Assembly: GCF_006345805.1 (NCBI RefSeq)
Contig: NC_043003.1
Coordinates: forward strand, 682,001 to 746,000
From: Octopus sinensis
Lineage: Eukaryota
Length of the DNA stretch: 64,000 nt
Direction of reading: 5' to 3'
Position numbers and translations under genes: made by a program. This document shows, piece by piece, positions 24,391 through 38,455 of this stretch. The notes under the pieces were generated by a model that saw only the letters and a program-made list of their open reading frames with translations, was not told where the DNA came from and did no database searches. How positions within the stretch are numbered: the first letter of the stretch is position 1; the number at the start of each line of letters is the position of its first letter.

Positions 24391-25774
24391 GGGAAACCTT
24401 TAATCTTGCCAAGGGTGTGACATCATCTCTAATGCTGGTGCCATGATAAACTGGAGCCAGTATATTTTGTAAAGTGGTTAGCGTTAGGACGGGTATCCAG
24501 AGTAAAAAAAAAAAACTATGCTAAAATGGAACATATGAATGCTGTACTGTCTTTGACTTGTCTGACAGAGCAATAACAAACATCGAATAAAACCTGGACT
24601 GGGCGATGCAGTGTGTTCTTGAGCAAGACACTTCATTTTACATTGCTCCAGTCCACTCAGATGGCAAAAATGAGCAATCCTGCGAAGGACCAGCATCCCA
24701 TCCAGGTGGGAAATATATATATATGTCATTGAAACTGGGAAACCGGCCCTTATGAGCCTGGCATGGCTTAAGAGGAAAAAGGGAAGACTTGTTTGTCATG
24801 AGGTCTAGGAACCATAAGGCTGGAAATTGACTGTTTCCATGGCATATAAGTAACTGAGATTACAACAGCCCTCCCCTGAGGGGTGGAGGGTGGGGTCGAT
24901 CTGTTCCGCTAAAACATTTCAAGGCAGTGCCCCAGCATGGCCACAATAGATTGTCTGAACCAAGTACAATACAAAGACATGTGCCACCTGAAACACCGAT
25001 ACATACACACGTACATGTTTGTTTCTTTTACTTTTACTTGTTTCAGTCATTTGACTGCAGCCATGCTGGAGCACCACCTTTAGTTGAACAAATCGACCCT
25101 AGGACTTATTCTTTGTAAGCTTAGTACTTATTCTTTCAGTCTCTTCTGCCGAACCACTAAGTTATGGGGCCATAGACACACCAACATTGGTTGTCAAGCA
25201 ATGGTGGAGGGACAAACACAGAATACACACATACACATTTATACGACAGGCTTCTTTCAGTTTCCATCTACCAAATCCACTCACAAGGCTTTGGTTGGCC
25301 CGAGGCTATAGCAGAAGACAATTGTCCAAGGTGGCACTCAATGTGACTGAACTCAGAGCCATGTGGTTGGTAAACAAGCTACTTACCACACAGCTACTCC
25401 TGTGTACATATATCATCAATATCATCATCATCATCATCATCATCGTTTAACGTCCACCTTCCATGGTATCATGGGTGGAACAATCCCACAAGAGGTGGCC
25501 AGGCTTCTGTGACCGTTTTGGCAGGATTTTGACAGCTGGATGCCCTTCCTAACACCAACCACTTTACAATGTGGACTGGGTGCTTTTAAGTGGTACGTGC
25601 ACCTGACAGGATCACCAAGTGTTTTGCAAGACAAAACAAAAAAAAAAAAACTTTCAAGAGGGGAGAGAGCATTGAAGGAGGTGATCTTGTGTCGAATGAT
25701 GAAAGGTTCAAGTGAGACAGATACAGGTGTCTTGCTGTGGAGGAGGGACAGGGTAGGATGTGTGTATAGAGTCG

Positions 25775-25992
25775 TTTATCTGTTTCAGTCATTTGACTGG
25801 GGCCATGCTGGAGCACCGCCTTTAGTCGAGCAAATCAACCCCAGGACTTATTCTTTGTAAGCCTTGTCCTTATTGTATCAGTCTCTTTTTGCAGAACCAC
25901 TAAGTTACGGGGGACCTAAACACACCAGCATCGGTTGTCAAGTAATGTTGGGGGGGACAAACACAGACACACAAACATATACACACACATAC

Positions 25993-26054
<62 letters not shown>

Positions 26055-26262
26055 TATATATATACATATATATACATATATATATATATACACACACACG
26101 ACATGCTTCTTTCAGTTTCCCCCTACCAAATCCACTCACAAGGCTTTGGTTGGCCCGAGGCTATAGTAGAAAGCACTTGCCCAAGGTGCGATGCAGTGGG
26201 ACTGAACCCAGAACCATGTGGTTGGTAAGCAAGCTACTTATTACACAGCCACTCCTGCGCCT
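25775..26262 (-). mobile_element. SINE family A
   Basis: Reverse complement of the A consensus with an expanded central (TA)n. Confidence 0.9.
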
Positions 26263-26474
26263 ATAGCTGGCAGACACGTTAGCGTGCTGGGCAAAATGCT
26301 TAGCGGTATTTCGTCTGTCGTCACATTCTAAATTCAAATTCTGCCAAGGTCGACTTTGTCTTTCATCCTTTCGGGGTTCATGAATAAAGTATGAGTTTCG
26401 CACTGGTGTCAATGTAAACAACTTAATCCCTTTGTCTGTCCTTGTTTGTCTCTATGTTTAGCCCCTTTTGGGTA

Positions 26475-26863
26475 GTGTGGTAAGTAAGCTTGCTTACCAA
26501 CCAGATGGTTCCAGGTTCAGTCCCACTGCGTGGCATCTTGGGCAAGTGTCTTCTGCTATAGCCTCGGGCCAACCAAAGCCTTGTGAGTGGATTTGGTAGA
26601 CGGAAACTGAAAGAAGCCCGTCATAAATATTTATATATATGTGTGTGTGTGTGTGTTTGTGTGTCTGTGTTTGTCCCCCTAGCATTGCTTGACAACCGAT
26701 GCTGGTGTGTTTACGTCCCTGTCACTTAGCGGTTCAGCAAAAGAGACCGATAGAATAAGTACTGGGCTTACAAAGGATAAGTCCCGGGGTCGATTTGCTC
26801 GACTAAAAGCAGTGCTCCAGCATGGCCACAGTCAAATGACTGAAACAAGTAAAAGAGTAAAAG
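26475..26863 (+). mobile_element. SINE family A (inverted relative to the 25775-26262 copy)
   Basis: Matches the A consensus. A SINE B (~26265-26470) lies between the two A copies. Confidence 0.9.
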
Positions 26864-29547
26864 AGTATATATATATATATACTATGCACACATATATACA
26901 CATACACACTCGGTGGCACGTAACAGCACCCACTACACTCTCGGAGTGGTTGGCGTTAGGAAGGGCATCCAGCTGTAGAAATTCTGCCAGATCAGATTTG
27001 AGCCAGCTGCAGCCATCTGGTTCGCCAGTCCTCAGTCAAATGGTCCAACCCATGCCAGCAGGGAAAGTGGATGTTAAATGATGATGATGATGACATATAC
27101 CTACATATATATACACACATACATGCGTGCACACACATACCTATATATACATATATATATCCATCCAGAGAGAGAGAGAACAAGAGAGAGAGAGAGAGAG
27201 AATGGCGGAATATATACAAGAGAGATAGATTATGGTTACAGAGCAAGTGAGTGAGGGAGAGAAAGAGAGAGAGGGAGGGAGAATTTGGTTAGTGTTAGAG
27301 ATGGATTATCTTAGATGAGGAGAAGAAAAAGGCTGCTGGTGATCAATGTGGAAGCATTGAGGTGGACGGAAAGAGAGGGTGCTGACTCCATTCCTAAACA
27401 GCCATGCCCACCACCACCGCCACCACATAGGTAAAGATAGTTGGGGAGGGGGATAGTGTGGGTGGGTGGAATAGGATCAAGGAGGGAAAGGTCAGTCCCA
27501 AACAATGAGAGGTTTGATGCTGGGGAGAGCAGGATGTTGTGTTGTTGTTGTTGTTGTTGATGTTGATGGTGAAGTAAGAGTCGGGGGGGGAAGGGGCCGG
27601 GAGAGGAAGGTTAATCCAGAGAGCAGGGGGAGGGGGGAAAAGGGCAATGTGTTTTATAAAGGAGAGATGGTGTAAGATGGTGCAGAGGGAAGGAGAGAAG
27701 CAAGGAAGGAAGAGAGAGAGAGAGGGAAAGGGAAAGCAAAGAATTATTATGGAGGAGGAGGTGATGATGGGGCTAGAGGTGATGATTTTCATGGTGGTGC
27801 TGGTGATGGTAGTGGTGATTGTGGCGGTGGTGGCGGAGATTGCAGTGGCGGCAATGATGGTGGTGGTGGTGGTGACGGTGGCGATGGCGATGGTAGTGGC
27901 AGTGGTGGCGGTAGTGGCGATGGTGGAGAGGGCGACAATAATTTTGCTAATGATGGGGATGGTGATAGTCATGGTAGTGGGGAATAGGCTGAGGAGAGAA
28001 TGACCAGAAATTGTGGTGGTGGTGGTGGTGTTTGTGGCGATGAGTGGATGAGGGTGGATTTAGAGGGAGGTGGGTGTTGGAGGGGGGGGGACAATGGCCC
28101 CTGTAATGACTGCCTCTGACACAGTATGCGTAAGGTGTATGGATGTTTAGGATGTGTGGTAAGAAGCTTGCTTCCCAACCACATGGTTCTGGGTTCAGTC
28201 CCACTCCATGGCACCCTGGGCAAGAGTCTTCTACTATAGCCTTGGGCCGACTAAAGTCTTGTGAATGGATTTGGTAGGCAGAAACTGAAAGAAGCCTGTT
28301 GTTTTTGTGCATGTGTGTGTGCATGTGTGTGTGTGTGTGTGTATATATATTTATATATATATGCATCTGTGTATGTGTCTTTGTGTCTGTATTTGTTTCC
28401 CATCACTGTTTTGACATCCAGTGTTGGTTTGTTTATGTCCCTGTCACTTAGCAGCTTGGCAAAAGAGACTGATAGAATAAGTACAAAGTTAAAAGAAATA
28501 TATATAACTACTTGGGTCAATTCGTTCAAGTAGAATTCTTCATGGTACTGCCCCAGCATGGCCACATCAAAATGTGTGAAAGAAATAAAGGACAAAGCAT
28601 GTATATATAGTGTTAGGTGTTGGTGGGGGTGGGGTAATAAGTTGGTAGAGGTTTTGAGGAGGGGAGAATTACTGGGCGGCAGTGAAGTGGGGGTCAGTAT
28701 TATTTAGGGATGGAGAATAAGGGGGTGGAGTTGGGTTTTAGATGGGGAGACCTGTAACAGTCTGCTGAAGGAAGAATGAGGGGCAACAGTAATGGCCCTG
28801 GCCCTGTGCAGAGAATTTTTGTAGGGTTGGAGATGACGTTAGTGGTGATGATGATGGTAGTGGTGATGATGATGATTTTAATAGTGGTGGTTGTGGTGGT
28901 GGTGATGGAGTGATGGGAGTTTGGGAAATAAAATGTGTAAATCACTCTCTCCCCACCTCCCGGGCCTAGGATGTAGTTAGTGTAGGGGGGGGGGAAAGAG
29001 TCTGTCTATGATGCTGGTTAATATCTGAAAATGTTAATGAAATGCAAAAAGTAAAAAGGCTGACAACCTATTTGAGTCAGAGAGAACATCTAAGTCTTAA
29101 TTCCTTCTCTTCCAAAGCATTCGCCATCATTACCACCACCACCACCACCACCACCACACCACCACCACCACACCACCACCACCACCACCGCTGCCACCAC
29201 TGCCGCCGCCACCACCACCACCACCACCACCACCATCACCACTGCCACCATCCAATTAGTGCTTCATATATAACTAAAGCAATTGTTTATTGCCTGGCCA
29301 TCCCTCCTCAGCCTCTCCCACCAAGCCTACTCTTGTTATATATTCCCAAATTTACAATCCGTTTTCTCTTTTTCTTTTTTTACCACCACACACAGTCATA
29401 CACACACTTGCTTATACATACATGCCAATCCTATATACACACAAACATATACATACCTGCCAATATATACATTAACTCATTTACCCAAGTAGAATGAGAT
29501 TCACAACAGACACACATGTAAAAGCATGATCTCACACGCACAGACAT

Positions 29548-29596
<49 letters not shown>

Positions 29597-29639
29597 CACT
29601 GGCATACCCCTGATTGTATACACTGGCATACCATTGATT

Positions 29640-29905
29640 ACGACAATGAAAATTCCAGTTGATCCAATCACCGGAACAGCCTGCTCATGAAACTAACATG
29701 CAAGCGGCTGAGTATTCCACAGACACCTGTGTACCCTTGATGTAGTTCTCAGGGAGATTCAGCGTGACACAGAGTGTGACGAGGTTGGCCTGTTTGAGTT
29801 ACAGGTATGAGCTATTTTTGTCAGCTGAGTGGATTGGAGGAGTGTGAAATAAAGTGTCTTGCCCAAGGACACAATGCACTGCTGGGAGTCGAACTCGTAT
29901 GACAT
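29640..29905 (-). mobile_element. SINE with a CORE-like GTGTCCTTGGGCAAGACACTT block
   Basis: The reverse strand reads GTGTCCTTGGGCAAGACACTTTATTTCAC..CTCC.ATCCACTCAGCTG...CAACTGGAATTTCATTGTCGT. Confidence 0.65.
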
Positions 29906-31842
29906 AAGGCAGATGTATAAGGCACCCAGTGCGCTCTGTAGAGTGGTTTGTGTCAGGAAGGGCATCAAGCTGTAGGAACCAAGTCAAAACAGACTGGATC
30001 CAGGCTGCAGCTCTCCAGCTGGTCAGATCCAGTTAAACCGTCTAACCCAGGGGTTACCATATTCACAGCAGTGTGGTAAGAAGCTTGCTTTCCAACCACA
30101 TGGTTCTAGGTTCAATCCCACTGCATGGCACCTTGGGCAACTGAAGCTTTGTGAGTGGATTTGGTAGACAGAAACTGAAAGAGACCTGTTGAGGCAAGTG
30201 AAATCGTTGTGGCCGATGACAGTGCCGCCTAATGATTGGCACCTGTGCCGCCTGATGATTGGCACCTGTGCCAGTGGCATGTTGAAAGCACCATTCAAGT
30301 ATGATCATTGCCAGTGCCGCCTGACTGGCTCCTGTGCCAGAGACATGTAAAAAACACCATTCGAGCATGGTTGTTGCTAGAGCCACCTGTCTGGCCCTTG
30401 TGCCAGTGGCACGTAAAAATCACCAACTACAAAGATTGATACTTGGTGCAGCCTACTGGCTTGCCATTCCTCAGTTGAACCATCCAACCCATGCCAGCAT
30501 GGAATGTGGATGTTAAAGGATGGTGATGATGATATATATATATATATATTTGTGTGTTTATGTCTGTGTTTGCCTTCCACCACCATTTGTTGGAACTGGT
30601 GTTGGTGTGTTTACATCCCCATAACTTAGTGGTTTGGCAAAAAAGAGACTGATAGAATAAGTACGACATTTACAAAGAATAAGTCCAGGGTCAATTTCTT
30701 CGACTAAAAAGCATTGCTCCAGCATGACCACAGTCAAAAATGACTGAAATCAATAAAAGAATAAAAGAATATATATATATATCTCTATATATAATATATA
30801 TATATATTTCATATAAAATAGTGTACGTATTTATACACAAAAGAAGTGACCTTTAACAGGGCACCTTGCATGTTAGAAAGGGCAGTTAAAGCCCAAACCA
30901 CATATATATGTGTGCGCATGCATATAGATATATATGTATACAATGTATCATCATCATCGTTTGTATGTATGTATATGAATCAATGTGTATCCGTGTGTTG
31001 ATTGCATGTGCTGGTGTATGAACAGTTGTAAGCATGTGTATATATGTTAGTTTGGTGTTTGTCTTGAAAGCATGTGTGTGCATTTGGAATGTAGAAGTGT
31101 GGAATGTCTGCAGATGGGGATATTTGTGTATATAAACTTAACTTCATGTTGAATGTATCAACACTGTGTAAAATATTTACACACAAACGCACACAGAGTT
31201 TTTTGCAGGTAAATACATGTCTGTGCGTCTCTCGCAACTTTGCCAACAAAAGCATGAAGTGAACCAATGAGGGGGCAAATACTGAAGAGGAAGAATGTAT
31301 GTTTGCTATGATGCAATATATAAGAAATACCAGCAAAACCCTTTTGAGATGACACCCTGTTGTTTTAACAAAAAAAGGAAGGACACATTAGAAAATGTAG
31401 TCCTAGATACACTTCGTAGGTGAAAAAATGCAAAAACAAAAACATGGCTGTGTGGTTTAGGAGTTTGCCTTGCAACCACATGGTTTCAAGTTCAGGCCCT
31501 CTGTGGTACTTAGAGCAAATGTCTTTTACTATAGCCCTGGGTCAATCAAAGCCTTGTGAGATTGGCTTTGTAAATAGAAACTGTGTGGAAGCCCATCATG
31601 TTTGTGTTTTCTCCACTGCTTGACAACCAGTGTTGGTTTGTTTATGTCTCCATAACTCAGTATGTGAACAGAAGAGATTGCTATAAGTTATAGTAAGTTA
31701 TAGTATAGTTAAGAACAACATTATTCCTGGGGTCAATTTATTTTATTAAAACCTCCAAGGCCCCAGCATGGCCACAGTCTAATGGTTGAAGCAAATAAAA
31801 AATAAGAGATGTGTGAGTGCCTGACTTATTAATTGCCATGCA

Positions 31843-31891
<49 letters not shown>

Positions 31892-34600
31892 CGCACATAT
31901 GGTTTTATTAATTGTTATATGATATATAAGCATGAATGCGTAATTGTGTGCACAGTGTTGTTGTTGCTGTTGTTGTTGAAACAATGTTTTGTTAGGTGTC
32001 AGAGACAAAGTACAAGAATATCCATTATTCCATCCTTTCATCAACACCATTTCTCACGGCCTCTTACTCTTCTGCCAATTACGTTGCACCCTATTCCTTC
32101 CTTCAACAAGAATCTGGGGGTTCAAAGCCCTACACAGAGACCTGTGGGAACAAAACAGAGAGAACAGACCTATCACCCCTCGCTGCATTTTATAGCTTTT
32201 CTGTTTCTCAGGGTTTTGTTTTTGTTGTTTAACCCTAGGTCAGTCCTGACTGAGAGCGACAATGATCAATGGCATTCCACCATTACCATGTCATGTTTTT
32301 GTATTTGACTACATTATTCAAGAGGTTGATCCTTTCCCTTTAATGGCAAGGGAGATTCGAGAGAAATTTAGCTTCTGTTTTGAGCATTTTCTACATTACA
32401 CACATCATCATCATCATCATCATCATCTAGCATCTATTTTCCTTGCTGGCATGGGTTGGACGGTTTGACAAGAGCTGGCATGGATGGAGAGCTGCACCAG
32501 GTTCCATTATCTGTTTTGGTTTGGTTTCTACAGCTGGATGCCCTTCCTAGCGCCAACCACTATACAGAGTGTACTGGGTGCTTTCTGTGTGGCCCCAGCT
32601 CCAATGCTTGGTGCACATTTTATATGGCACCCGCACTAGTACGTTTTACATTTTTTTTTATATGGTACCAAACCAGCATGGTTGCCTTTAATGTGGCACC
32701 AGCACTGGTGGTGGTTTGGATGTGGCACAAGCACCAGTGCTTTATATGTGGCACCAACATGGTTGCTTTTTACATGGGAATTACACACATCCATACATCC
32801 CAGTTTTGACTTCTATTTGGGGGTAATGTGGTTGGGGACAAAGGCTTTGTATTGTTCCTCATCTTGGCCCCCTGGAGCCATCAATCTAACTCCACCTTCA
32901 ATACAGTAGAGTAGAGCTGCTGTACAACAAGCTAAAAATATCTCAGCTATAGAAAAATATCCTTCAATGATGCTAAGAAGAAGCAGAAAGCATTGAAATT
33001 CTTTTTGATGTCTGAGATTCTGAGAGGGTTTTCCATTTCCTACTGGTTTCTGGTTCATATTTTGAGAAGATAAAACTTCATGCATCTTATTCCCATAACT
33101 ATTACAAACTGATAGCGAGAAGATAGGAGCCAATGAGGGAGCCTTGAACATGGTTGCTTAGTTTGCTAGAAATAGAAACTAAATTTCCCTCAAATTACAA
33201 ATAAAGCTGCATTATGTAATTTTGGCCAAGACAGCCCTAAAAAAGCAGGAATATCTTCGATGGAGTCTGCTCCATCAGAGCCAATGAGCCAACCAGAGGT
33301 TGAATGACAACAATGACACACTTCCCAAGTACATCAACAAAGGTTGAAAGATAAAGGCCACCACCACCACAACCACTATCACTCAAGAGATATCATCATC
33401 ATCATCATCATCTAACACCTGTATTTTCCATGATGGCATGGAGGCTGAATGTTTGACAGGGTTTCGTGAATCACAGGATTGTGTTGAGGCTCCAGTGTCA
33501 GTTTAGGCATGGTTTCTATGGCTGGATACCCTTCCTAATGCCAACCACCTTACAGCATGTGTTGGGTGCCTTTTTCCCCCTGGCACCAGCATGAGTGAGG
33601 TTGTCAAGTAATTTGCAAGAAAAAGCATCCCTAAGTAAGGGGAGTGATTTTGAAGGGGGCCAGTAGTTACCTTATGTAATATGTTCCCTATTGTACCCAG
33701 CCTAACTTAAGAACAGCAAAACTAGGAATCTAAAGAACTGGTGACTGAATCGGTAACAATTAGTTGCCTACAATCCGATGAAGGGCAACGAGAGCCCAGG
33801 ATTGCAGCTTCTTTCTTCCTTATTGTAAACAAACTCAGCAAATTCTTTCACAAACTTTCCTACAAACTTGAAGAACATTCTGGATAAGCTTCCATAAAAA
33901 TGAATGGTAATACAATTTAGCCCCAGGTCAGCATAGTTTGAGTAGAAATATGATTCAGGCATTAGTGTTAATCTTTTTATTTGTTTTTTTCGATTTTTAT
34001 CCATCGTATACAACCTTGTTCAGTATGTGCTTCCCTTTTTTAAAGATGTCTGAGTGAGATTTAAAGGAATTTTGTTGCTATTTCTAACTGGTTGTACAAC
34101 CACATAAAGCACAGATTCTCAAAGTGGGTGCTACCACCCTCTGGTGGGCATTGAGATGGTTCAGATGGGTGCCGGTGCCTAAGAGGGCAGTAGAGAAAAA
34201 GGAGGTGTTGGGAGGAAGGCAGTGGATTGGGGGACGCTAAGAATTTATTATAATATTATTATAGTATTGCAGCGTGGAAGGTGTTTGGCAAATTAAATTA
34301 AAATGTTGAAGTGAATCTAAATGAGACATACTTATCTACATGGCCGAAACAGCTGTAAGACGTAATCTATACTTATATTTACATTTACTTATATTTATAT
34401 TCTCTTTTATATATTCTACTTATTATACAACATTACTCTTTTATGTATACTTTTTATGTACATTCTTTATGTACACTGATTTGTTCTGCTTTTTATATTT
34501 AACCCTACAGTCTCTTATGTGGTGGTTTAATAAAGTATGTGATTGAGTATTATCTGGTAATTGATATTTGATTTAGATGTATTTCTCCATTTTCTTATCT

Positions 34601-34638
<38 letters not shown>

Positions 34639-36744
34639 AATTGGTGTGTCTGTAGAGGCAACAGTGTGGCTGCATTGGTGCAGGTGTGGCTGCATTGGTG
34701 CAGGTGTGGCTGTGTGGTTAAGCAGCTTGCTTTTCAATCATGAGGTCTTGGGTTCAGATCCACTGCATGATACCTTGGCTAAGTGTCTTCTATTTTAGTC
34801 CTGGACCAATCACTACCGTGTGAGTGCATTTGATAGATGAAAATTAAAAGAAGCCTGTCGTATATGTGTGTGTGTGTGAAAGCCTAGTTTTGACACTATG
34901 GTTGTAAATGAGCATCCCCGTCATACAAGTGAGGTTGTTCATTTTCAGTCTACCATAAAAAAAAAAATAACGTGGGGAAATATTACCTTGGAAACAGGTA
35001 AGGGTTGGTGGGTGGGTGACAGGAAGGGCATCTGGCTGTAGAAAACCTGCCTCAGCAAATTCCATCCGACCCATGCAAGCATGGCAAAGGGGACATTCAA
35101 TAACCACACACACACTAAAAAAAATATTCAGGACAAAATAACTGCAAGAATACAGTGGGTCTAGACTAGAAGTGTTCTAGCATTACTACACACACACGCA
35201 CACACACACACACACACACACATACACACACACACATACACACATACACACACACACACACACAAGGTCATGTCATACTGCATGCAGACTCTCAGGATGT
35301 CAATTAGCAGCACCACAGACTGTCACTTTGTCATCACTGCTACCACTGTCATTTCCATGTCAATGACACCACCACCACCACCACCACCACCACCACCATC
35401 ACCATTGCCACAGCTACTTTCATCATCATCATCATCATCATCATTATCACCACTGCCATTATCTTCTGTCCTTGTCAACAGAAGAGAAACTGTGTGTTAG
35501 TCACCCCCCCCCCCCTTCACCCCCCCTTCACTCCCCCATTCACCCCCCCCCGTTATATTCTTGCTCCATTTGAAATGTCAGCACAAAGAGAAATTATGGC
35601 TATTTGATTCTGGAACAGAAAAAAAACCTGATGAAATTGGTGGTAGAGGTGGTGGTGGTGGTGGTGGTAGAGGTGGTGGAGGTGGTGGTGGCCTTCATCT
35701 TTTACTTGTCCCAGTCACTGGACTGTGGCAATGCTGGAGCACTGCTCCTTCAAAGGGATTCTTTTTTCAGTCAAACGGAGTGACTCCAGTACATTTTTTT
35801 AAAAAAATCTGATACTTATTCTAACAGTCGCTTTTTACTGAACCACTAAGTTATGAGAATGTAAACAAACCAACACTGGTTGTCAAGCAGTGAGAGGAGA
35901 AACAGAAAGCTGTCCTCACATAGACACATATACATTGAGAGGCTTCCATACAGTTTCCATCAACCAAATTCACTCACAAGACATTTTTTGGCCTGGGACT
36001 GTGGTAAAAGACCTGTGCCCAAGGTGTTATGCAGCAGGATTGAACCCAAAGACACACGGTGGCAACGCAAGCTTCTTAACCCCACATCCATGCCTGTGCC
36101 TTGTTGTTGTTTGGCCCAGAATCAACCCTGATCGAACAGACCACATAATGGAAGATAAGACCCTCTTGATTTTCTGTTTTTTGAGGGGCAGCGAATGCAG
36201 GAACCACATTGTCCAGCCTGCTGCTTCCTAGAATAATGGAGAGCGATTTTAGGAAGATTTAACTGCTATTTCTAGCAGATCGAGTGGGTATGTAAAGCAT
36301 TCAATCTTATCATTGATTTGTTGTAGTACTGTTGTTGTTGTTGTAGTAGATGGTGGTGGTGTTGGTAGTGATAGTCAGTACTATGGTGGTGTTGGTGGCG
36401 CTGGTGGTAGTAGTGGTGACAATGGTAATAGTATAGGTGGAGGTGATGATGGTGGTAGGGGTGGGGTGGTGGTGAGGATAAGATGCTGTTGGCAGGGGTG
36501 GGGTGAGTCTGTTGTGGCAGCAAGAGGTGAGGAGTGAGTTAATAGGGGTCCATTAAAGGGCCTATTAACACAGACCTTTACAAGGTTTTGTGAACCCTCA
36601 ACCCCGAGCCTTGTTGATTTCCTGTCATCATTAGAACCAACTCGTTATCTTTGACTTACTGAAACTGATTAGAAAACCTCTGAGAATACGAGAGGCAAAC
36701 AATAAATTTATTGAAAAGATGGAAACTAGAAAGAATCTTTTTGG

Positions 36745-37260
36745 TAAGGAGTTTGCTTGCTGCCAACTCCATGGTTCTGGCTTCAGTCTTACCATGTGGA
36801 ATGATGGGCAGGTGGCTTTTACTGTAGCCTTGCATTGACCAAAGTCTTGTGAATGGATTTGGTAGATGGAAACTGAAAGAAGCCTGTCGTATAATGTGTG
36901 TGTTTCTTTGTGTGTGTCTTTGTGTCTGTGTGTTTCTTTGTGTGTGTCTTTGTGTCTGTGTGTGTGTATGTCTGTGTGTGTGTGTGTGTCTTTGTATGTG
37001 TGTGTGTGTGTGTGTGTGTCTTTGTGTGTGTCTGTGTGTGTGTATGTTTTTTCTGTGTGTGTGTGTGTGTCTCCCACTACTGGTTGACAACCAGTGTTGG
37101 TGTGTTTTCGTTCCTGTAACTTAGTGGTTCAGCAAAAGAGGACCAATAAAATAAGTTTCAGGCTTAGAATATAAGTTTTCAGGCAGATTTGTTCTACTGG
37201 AAACTTTTACATGCAGTGCCCCAGGATGGCCACAACGCAATGACTGAAATAAATAAAAGA
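36745..37260 (+). mobile_element. SINE family A with an expanded central (TG)-rich array
   Basis: The A head, ~180 bp of TGTG/TCTTTG repeats, then the A tail. Confidence 0.8.
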
Positions 37261-37425
37261 CAAACGGTAGCTGTGTGCTTAAGAAATTCACTTTGCAACC
37301 ACAAGATTTTGGGTTCAGTCCCACTGTGCAGCACCTTGAGCAAGTGTCTTCTACTATAGCCTAGGGCTGATCAATGTGCTCTGAGTAAGTTTAGTAGATA
37401 GAAACTGTGTGGAAGCCTCTGAATT

Positions 37426-37478
<53 letters not shown>

Positions 37479-38422
37479 TTGACTGTAGAACTAAAGGTAT
37501 GTGTATGTGTGTGTGCATGTGTGTGTGCATGTGTGTGTTCATGTGTGTGTGCATTTGTGTTTGTGTGTGTGTATGGGAATGCATCCTGAATGGCATAAAC
37601 TGCAATTAAAAGCAAGAAGAAGAAGAAGAAGAAGAAAGCAGCCGGTTGGCCACCATGATAAAAGCTTGAATTAATGGAGCCTGGTTGAGGGAGAGGAAAA
37701 GAAAGTTCTTGAAAGTAGGAAAGGAATGGTTTGGGCTGCGGGGTGGGATGGGGTGAGGTGCTAAAAGAGATGGCTGGGGAGGAGGGGAGGGAGGGTGTAG
37801 GGCAGAGTAACATTTAGGGAAAATGTCTGAGAAATTGGTTGTAGAAAGTCTTTGGTTGTTTGGTGAGTATCCGGAGATTGTCTGGTTGGGGGGTGGGGTG
37901 GGGGGTGACACGGAAGAATACATGTCAGTGGCGGTGGGGGGGAGTCAAAGCCAGAGGGTGGTGGAAGGGGCATTAATGTGTGCATGTCCATGTGTGTGTG
38001 TGTGTGTGTGAGAGTGTGTATGTATTTGTGTACATGTGTTGGTGCCTGCATTTGCATATGGCTAACAGGATATTTTATATAAATACGTTTTTCTGAATAG
38101 ACAAACGAATGCATACATGTAATTATATATTTAGTTATTCCTTCCTTCGTTTACTTGTTTCAGTCATTTGACTGCGGCCATGCTGGAGCACCACCTTTAG
38201 TCGAACAAATCGACCCCAGGACTTATTCTTCGTAAGCCTAGTACTTATTCCATTGATCTTTTTGGCCGAACTGATAAGTTATGAGGATATAAACACACCA
38301 ACTTCAGTTGCCAAGCGATGGTGGTGGAGTGGACAAACACAGACACACACACACATACGTATACATACATATGACAGGCTTCTTTCAGTTTCTGTCTACC
38401 AAATCCACTCACAAGGCTGATG

Positions 38423-38454
<32 letters not shown>

Positions 38455-38455
<1 letters not shown>

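Noticed and set aside
32900-33000. Weak likeness to a LINE ORF1 C-terminus (ISFNDAKKK)
   Set aside because: Too short, and it requires frameshifts with no upstream zinc knuckle visible.
33768-34013. 81-aa non-repetitive minus-strand ORF
   Set aside because: No recognisable motif, no convincing splice sites, and the length is attainable by chance. A BLAST search would settle it.
37860-37945. G-run clusters able to form G-quadruplexes
   Set aside because: Such low-complexity G/C tracts are common throughout the window and show no distinguishing context.
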